A stretch of 64,000 nt of DNA from an uncultured Bacteroidota bacterium (lineage in GTDB: Bacteria; Bacteroidota; Ignavibacteria; Kryptoniales; JAKASW01), in contig CAVYHK010000025.1 in the NCBI GenBank assembly GCA_963768145.1, positions 96,001 to 160,000 on the forward strand. Reading direction: 5' to 3'. Each line of letters opens with the position of its first letter. The stretch's first letter is position 1. This document shows, piece after piece, positions 58,136 through 64,000 of the stretch. The translations under genes and the position numbers were made by a program. The notes under the pieces are model-generated. The model ran no database searches. It worked only from the letters and a program-made list of their open reading frames with translations, and was not told the origin of the DNA.

Positions 58136-61083
58136 CTAAGGCAAAATACGTTTCCCCACGCTGTCCATCATGAAAGAATGGGTATACTGGAATTTACTGA
58201 GAAACAGAGTCAGCTTCTCCATGGCGTTCTCTATCGTCTCGATCGTATCGGATTGAACCAGATATAGCTTCGAACTCTCATTCAAAAAAACACTCAGTTT
58301 CTCTCCAGTCTCTTTTCTTGCCTTTGCTGCAAATTTCTCTGCGCTTCGACGGCCAGGGAAAGCATTGATCTGGATTACAAACTTTTCTTTGTTCGGAGTC
58401 ACCGGAGCGGGGGATGGCGAGATATTTATTTCAGGCGGCTTTTCAGGAAACTGACCGGCTGTAGCAATGGTAACCTTGGATTTCACATCTCGCAACAGGA
58501 TTTGCAGACCTTCCACGTAGTCGCCGCTCTTTGTCGGTCTCACCTCGAAGGTCAACACGGCAGGGTCAGCAACTATCCCCAGCATGGATAGCTGGCTTGA
58601 GTCCACATAGGCAATATACTTTCCGGGAGGCATCCCCATATAATAGAAAGTCCCATCACTGAAGATTACCACCGATTTCTGAAAATCGGCGGAGATGGTT
58701 CTAATTTCAAGTGTCAATCCGGGAATTGCCGTTGCGGTCTTACCTTCTATTTTCAAAACAGTGCCGTCTACGATTCCCCCCGCAAAAAATGGTATATCTA
58801 TCGGTTTATAAGAATTCGGATCCGTGATAAAAGAAAAGGACCTTATCTTGGGGATCAACAACGGATTCCGGATTGAAGCTAGATCGATATCAGCGCTGTA
58901 CTGTGTGTATGGAAGGAGGTTCCATTCTCTTGCAATTCCATCACCCGACACTTCTGACGATACCGCCTGCCTCAAAGTCACTGTACCACCTTTAATAACT
59001 TCATCGCCGCTGTCACAGATTCCGTTGTTGTCATTGTCAACGTACATTCTCATGGACGCCGCTGAATGCCCTACCCATTCGAGGTTGTTGAAGACAAAAC
59101 GGTCATATTCCTTGTCGTAGCCTATTGAGCCGGAAAGATTTTCGGTGAACCATGCCTCTCCGTTCTGTACTTGAGCGTTGCTCGTAGAACGCGTGGATGG
59201 TAAGTCCGCCACTATCTGAAGACTCAATACGGAAAATCTGTTTACGAAATCTCGCTCCACAGCAACCGCAACCCTGACATATTGATGGACATTTTTCGAA
59301 AGCTCGAACCTTATATCATCAAGCGAATTCTTGAGAGCACCATATCTCATCGTGGCATTCAGGAGAGCACCGTTCAGAAAATCGAAATCTCCCCGAGAGA
59401 ATAGCAATGAATACAAAATATTAGCCGTTAGTCCATAGTTCCTGAAGACGGAGCCCTCGCCGTAGTCAAGAATTGATGTCTGATAACCGATTGATGTATT
59501 GATTTGACCAAAACTGGAATTGAAGAAGGCAGAGTAGCTGAACGATGTTTGACCACCGACATATTCCTGCCAGATTGCAGAAGTCCTCACATTGAAGGAG
59601 CTGGTCAGCAAGGAAAGCGGCACAAAAATGTCCGCCTGAGCATCCTCAAGTTTATTACTTGGGTTGTAGAGCAAGTTCTTCTGGTAATGAGCATATTCGA
59701 CATCGAAAGACGCCTGAGATGGATAAAGGGCATTGAATGTAGACCGGTAGAATGCAGAAGGTGCAGCATTAAGACTCACCATGTATTCAGAGCCAATTCT
59801 CAGGGAGAGCGCATTGTAGAAAAGAGGTTTTTGGAAAAGGGGATCATCAACATAATCAACACCGATTTTTTCTGTAAGCCAGTCTGCAACGCCTCCCGCC
59901 GCCTCGGCAGAGAGGAAGTTATCATTTGTGTTGTTCAGTTTACCTCCTCCAACCGAATATGTGAATTGTCCGGTGGGTACAAAGGTGAACGGGATCTGCA
60001 GCCTTCGGTCGGATTCAATCACTTCGCCGCTCGGTCCATAGTACTTTAGCTGGACAAACGAAGTGCCATAAACGAGAGGGATCATAAAATGGGCGTAGCC
60101 AGCAGTGTCGGCTTTTGAGTAGCCCACAAGCTGTCCGTTGAGGTAAAGCTCCACATCCCAATTAGGATTCGTTTTCGCATCAACAGCATATTTACTGAAC
60201 ATCGTTCTCACGGTAGTAGGCTCGTTCGAGATCTGAGCGCCGCGAAAGCCATATTGCGTCAGCCCGTTCGAAAAAAGGTTGCCCAGCCCCGCATAACTGA
60301 TGTAGTCGGTCGAATCAAAAACATATTTCCAACTTAGATCGCTCGAATAGAGTCCGGAATTATGTCGAGAAATGTTCCCGAAGACCGTGCCTTCAGCCTC
60401 TCCGCCGAGTATTTCTCCACCACCCGTCAGGTTATAATTATATTCCGATTGACCAGCTTCACCAAAGCCGCTTAGCGAATAGTCGAGCACGCCACCATTC
60501 AAAAGGGACCGATCACGCCGATAGACGAGCGGCGCCTGCAAGAATGAACCCTGCGGAGTGGTAATCAAATAATTCCGTCGGGTTTCTCTCTGATATTCCG
60601 TGACAATCGGAAGTTCTGTTTCCGTCAAGAGCGACAGAGCTAACGAACTGAAATCGACCGAGAAGTTTAAATTGAAAATCTTATTAAACAAGGATGGCAG
60701 GACATAAAAGTCCAATTTACCAATGATGGCCTGGCTGCTGTCGAACTCTATTTCTCTATCGCCTAACCGAGCAACATGTTTCGCGAAGTTTATTTCATAG
60801 AGATTGTCCGGCTTAATGAAGAAACCACTGAGTGTTGAGTCTTTCATATTGATTGACCCGTCTATATGAAGCTCTTTGAAGACCGTGCTAATTGGGATAT
60901 AGGCGGAATCGTTTTCGTAAATAGCGCTGATTATGGTATTTACAATTCCGCTATAATTAAAAGAGAGGTATATTTCTTGCGACTGATCAGAAGGTGTTTG
61001 CCCCTCGACCTCCGCCGCAGAGACAAGGCTTATGACAAGTATACAGCTCCAAAAAATTCTCGAATACAGATTTCCTGCTCCAT
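58136..61083 (-). CDS. Usher-sized (about 980 aa) outer-membrane beta-rich protein with C-terminal SdrD-B-like, CarboxypepD_reg-like and SPOR-like domains; frameshift in the homopolymer at 61051-61056
   Basis: The track ORF starts at 60847, but the same frame stays open upstream and encodes a signal peptide (..IFWSCILVISLVSAAEVEGQTPSDQ). The only ATG (61081-61083, MEQEICIREFF) is one base out of frame across a T6 run on the coding strand. The C-terminus has ..MYVDNDNNGICDSGDEV.. (SdrD-B-like), ..DGTFYYMGMPPGKYIAYV.. (CarboxypepD_reg-like), and ..FVIQINAFPGRRSAEKFAAKARKETGEKLSVFLNESSKLYLVQS.. (SPOR-like). Confidence 0.5.
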
Positions 61084-61138
61084 CCTAAGTTCTTTAGAAC
61101 TCACAATTGTAAGCTGTCAGTGCGGCGTCAAGAAGGTT

Positions 61139-61960
61139 TCACTGGACGGAAAAGTTTATAGTCTTTTCCACCGCAGGCGTTTTCAACAGGTCGTCTTGCG
61201 AGATATCGGTTCTCTCCGACGAAAGCTTGATGTCTGCAGTATATGAACCTTCGGGTAACTTAGAAAGTGGAACAGCAATCTTGAAAGCCATGTTGTCCCG
61301 ATAGATCGCTATAACTTCTTCTTCGCTGTCCATTTTGTTGCCTGCTTTGTCCTCAACCACTGCAGAAATCTTCCCGAAGAAAGGAGAATTCCCTCCATGA
61401 GTCACCTGCGCCAGGAAATTCATCGAGGTTGAGTCCTGCTTGACTTCAATATTGGGCAGATCGACGCTCGTCAGGACACTCCCTTTCTTGTAAATGATAG
61501 TCGTGACCTGTTCGAGCACAAATGTAATATTTGCTGTGATTCCAGTCTTTACCGTGTCGATCGTTTTTGCCTGTGGAGTTGAACTTGTCACGAGCCTCGT
61601 CCAATACTCTCCATCCGACAAATTCGCCGGCGGCGCCACAAGCAATCGAACAACCTGCTGCTGATTGGGATTGACTATGAACTTTTGCGGAAATCCTCTG
61701 ACCCATTGCTGACACGAATGCTTCTCAGCCATTAGACTGTCGTCGTATTGCATTCTAATGTTTCCTGACGAGTCCGACTCGGGAAAGCCAAATCTGAATG
61801 AAACAGAGATTTCCTGAGGTGTGTTCGAACGATTCATTACTACGAACGTTCCGAATCTGGACTGGTCACTCATAAACAGAATTGTCGGAGCCACAATTAC
61901 TTGTGCCTGAGTCAATGAGGAGACCAGCAAAACTGTCGCGAAGATTATGATTTTTTTCAT
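61139..61960 (-). CDS. Periplasmic PapD-like pilus chaperone candidate
   Basis: It has a signal peptide, then VIVAPTILFMSDQSRFGTFVVMNRSNTPQEISVSF.., which has the PapD-type pattern (strand A, then a conserved basic residue, then '..v.N.s..p'). It is about 250 aa, consistent with two Ig-like halves. Its position between the pilin-like genes and the usher-sized gene also fits. Confidence 0.5.
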   Translation of the reverse strand: MKKIIIFATVLLVSSLTQAQVIVAPTILFMSDQSRFGTFVVMNRSNTPQEISVSFRFGFPESDSSGNIRMQYDDSLMAEKHSCQQWVRGFPQKFIVNPNQQQVVRLLVAPPANLSDGEYWTRLVTSSTPQAKTIDTVKTGITANITFVLEQVTTIIYKKGSVLTSVDLPNIEVKQDSTSMNFLAQVTHGGNSPFFGKISAVVEDKAGNKMDSEEEVIAIYRDNMAFKIAVPLSKLPEGSYTADIKLSSERTDISQDDLLKTPAVEKTINFSVQ

Positions 61961-62229
61961 GGCTGTAATTTAATGAATAAAAGATTCTATCTCAATTGTC
62001 CAATAGGTTATTTCCAGCGAAATTGTGCCACTGCAATTGCCGGCGGGCTGATTTTTAACAAATGCCGCAATGCTTCGTTCAAGCCAGAAGCAACAAATGC
62101 GTGTACTAGTCAAGGTCACCGTTGAGCCAAACAAGACCGACGTTGAGCCCGCCTGCTTCCCTGAGGAACTGTCGCGAAGCGGCATCCTGTCCGACAGTTT
62201 AACTCACGCAGAGCAAGAAGCCTTCGCCG

Positions 62230-62264
62230 AAAAAAAAGAGAAGGCTCAGCACTGCTAAGCCTTC
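62230..62264 (-). terminator. Rho-independent terminator/attenuator between the pilin-like genes and the assembly genes
   Basis: The minus strand is GAAGGCT-TAGCAGTGCTG-AGCCTTC followed by TCTTTTTTTT. It lies about 70 nt after the stop of the gene at 62332. Confidence 0.65.
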
Positions 62265-62331
62265 CTTTGTCTCCATTACCTTTGCCGCGCACTGGATCAT
62301 GCAGGCTTGTCCAACAGGACATCTCAAGTCA

Positions 62332-62847
62332 TTAGTAGGCTACTTGAAGAGTGTAAGTGCCATCCCACTCGCCAGGTGTGGCATCACTACTTACTGTCAC
62401 CGCGCCACCCACGAACACCCATGCTTCACCGGTTGCTGACAATGTCAGATTCGACGCTGCCGATTGGGTGCCGCTTTGGTTGTCGTTCGTGGTGTTGTAA
62501 ATAGGCGACCCTGGGGTGAACGTCACCGATCCTACCTCAGTTCCGGTCTTCAGAGTAAGATTATTAGGAGTGGTCCAGGTAAGGGTCAGTGTAGCATCAT
62601 CATTTCCCTTCACATCAAACTCGCCATATTTAGCAGGCGCAGCGTCATTTGAATTTATCGTTTTTGAATTACCCTGCACCAAGATTCCAAAAGCCAGATC
62701 CTGAACAGGTGCGACAGACACAGACGCCCATACAATTGTGCTTATATTCACACCGTTACTTGCGCTAGACCCGGTTTGGCCAGATTGTGCGAATGACATC
62801 GCAGCAAGACCAAGAATCATCGCTACGACTAACATTAACTTTTTCAT
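62332..62847 (-). CDS. DUF4402-type secreted pilin-like protein (SCPU/Csu-pilin-like)
   Basis: The signal peptide is MKKLMLVVAMILGLAAMSFAQ. It has ..DLAFGILV.. and the C-terminal signature GEWDGTYTLQVAY* (G-x-[YW]-x-G-T-Y-T-x-Q-V-x-Y at the very end). The start was chosen at the internal Met. Confidence 0.6.
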   Translation of the reverse strand: MKKLMLVVAMILGLAAMSFAQSGQTGSSASNGVNISTIVWASVSVAPVQDLAFGILVQGNSKTINSNDAAPAKYGEFDVKGNDDATLTLTWTTPNNLTLKTGTEVGSVTFTPGSPIYNTTNDNQSGTQSAASNLTLSATGEAWVFVGGAVTVSSDATPGEWDGTYTLQVAY

Positions 62848-62929
62848 GATTTTTCTCCATTTTAAATTTGTTAAGAAATTTCGTCCTCCTGATTGTCGGA
62901 CGGCTGTCAAAAAACTCTTATTCATCTTA

Positions 62930-63442
62930 TCAGTAGTTTACTTGTATGGTATATGTACCGGTGTATTTTCCCGAAGCGAGATCCGGAAGCGGGTTGTCGT
63001 TGTTTATGTGACCACCGAGCCACAGAAAATAATTGCCGCTGGCAGGACTCAGTGTCTCGCTGATTGTACCGAGAGACAAGGTCCCGGAACTTCCCTGATC
63101 ATTTGCCTGGTTCCCATTTACCGACGGAGTGAATGGAACCATGCTCGAGCTTAAGGAAAGGTTCACTGATGCCGGCAATGCAATGGTCACAGCCGTGTTC
63201 GGCTCACCCGCAATTGTAAACAGTGGGATGCTTGAGGCAGTCTTAGGATCTACAGCAGGAACAGGAAATCCGGGATAAGCAACTCCGAAATCCAACGTTC
63301 CGGTTTCTGTTATACTAAGTGCCTGTTCTACAGTGATCGAAATCTGCAATGACGCATCAGCACTGCTTTGACCAGATGCGGGCAAGGCAAGCGGGAGAAG
63401 TACCAAAACCAAGAAGAACAATCTCTTCAAGAGCGATTCCAT
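62930..63442 (-). CDS. DUF4402-type secreted pilin-like protein, paralog
   Basis: The signal peptide is ..LFFLVLVLLPLALPASGQ. It has ..TLDFGVAY.. and the C-terminus SGKYTGTYTIQVNY*. It lies 5 nt upstream of the paralog. Confidence 0.6.
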   Translation of the reverse strand: MESLLKRLFFLVLVLLPLALPASGQSSADASLQISITVEQALSITETGTLDFGVAYPGFPVPAVDPKTASSIPLFTIAGEPNTAVTIALPASVNLSLSSSMVPFTPSVNGNQANDQGSSGTLSLGTISETLSPASGNYFLWLGGHINNDNPLPDLASGKYTGTYTIQVNY

Positions 63443-63768
63443 TCTCAAAAGATTCATAAACACAAACCGGTCTAGCCGGTAAGTTTTCATTCCGAAGTAT
63501 CTCAATATCACGCTCTTCATTGTCACTTCTAATATGTCAAGCTGCGTGCCAAAGAAGAGATGCAGAAAGCTAGAAATCTAAGGGTTTTCAGTTTCCAGGA
63601 TGGGCAGGATTACCAATCCGTAATGGGCGGAAGGGAGAAAGTAACACTCGGAAAACGAAATGTGGACAGCTTGATTTGAATGGTCTTGGAGCTTTGGAGG
63701 GAATCAGCGAACCTCTGACCTTTCACTCATCGCTTTCCGGTTTTCAATTTATTATGATCGACCCCACC

Positions 63769-64000
63769 TTACTGCTGAATGGGAACGTGAACCTGACGAA
63801 ACCATTTTTCACATTCGAGAATCTCGCCCTTCAGTTCTTGCCCGTCATTCGTCTTCATCACTGCCTGACGAGCCGAAGTTCGTCCTATCAGATCAATCGC
63901 CAGGTTCCTATACCGCGGCTCGAATTCCCCCTTGTTACTGAATCTCAGAAATCCGCCACCGCTACTGGAGTCGTACGAGACTGTCATGTCAAGGAAATCT
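63769..64000 (-). CDS. Hypothetical protein, C-terminal fragment (frame stays open to window end)
   Basis: The track ORF begins at 63987, but the codons 63988-63999 are in frame and stop-free (..DFLD-MTVSYDSSSGGG..). No family was recognised. Confidence 0.3.
   Translation of the reverse strand, partial: DFLDMTVSYDSSSGGGFLRFSNKGEFEPRYRNLAIDLIGRTSARQAVMKTNDGQELKGEILECEKWFRQVHVPIQQ

Noticed and set aside
60866-61246. A 126-aa plus-strand ORF between the chaperone-like and usher-like genes
   Set aside because: It is antisense to the in-frame upstream extension of the usher-like gene, which encodes a convincing signal peptide (..CILVISLVSAAEVEGQ). The plus-strand product has no protein-like features.

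Overview
This 64-kb window is coded almost entirely on the minus strand. It looks like a Gram-negative FCB-group bacterium (Ignavibacteria/Bacteroidota-like). I infer that taxon only from protein features: several proteins end in the type IX secretion (T9SS) C-terminal sorting motif (..NYPNPFNP..), and there is a PorQ/PorV-like barrel.

Content in order:
- 1-3.0 kb: housekeeping block ssb'-rpsF-pth-rplY(ctc)-prs.
- 3.1-3.8 kb: an odd tRNA-Gln locus. It holds one intact tRNA-Gln(UUG), a small GIY-YIG ORF, a tRNA-like remnant, and a tandem 99-bp repeat carrying two more tRNA-like units.
- 4-20 kb: an island of large secreted or T9SS-sorted proteins. It includes a protein with three cohesin-like modules and a tandem 4.3-kb duplication of a dockerin-bearing S8 peptidase, with one copy intact and one broken into six ORFs.
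- 21.4-22.7 kb: a small divergent gene pair flanked by palindromic REP-like elements.
- 22.7-28.9 kb: a tightly coupled ECF sigma / zf-HC2-HEAT anti-sigma / DUF4097 x2 / DUF5916 operon.
- 29.9-34.7 kb: an RsbU-RsbV-RsbW-type partner-switching module.
- 35.3-46.3 kb: a 2386-aa protein with three beta-propellers (T9SS cargo), preceded by a secreted caspase-like protease, a membrane protein and a PorQ/V-like barrel.
- 46.4-56 kb: dnaX, lon, capA-like, maeB and an M28 peptidase.
- 57-63.5 kb: the best candidate for an undescribed system. It has two DUF4402-type pilin-like genes, a terminator, a PapD-like chaperone candidate, a roughly 980-aa usher-sized outer-membrane protein ending in a SPOR-like domain, and a small secreted protein.

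Major caveat: many genes carry frameshifts (prs, GIY-YIG, anti-sigma, PorQ-like, dnaX, lon, the usher-like gene, the peptidase paralog). At least two sit in homopolymer runs, and two more at dinucleotide repeats. Much of the apparent pseudogenisation may therefore be sequence error. No CRISPR array, rRNA, transposase or integrase was recognised.
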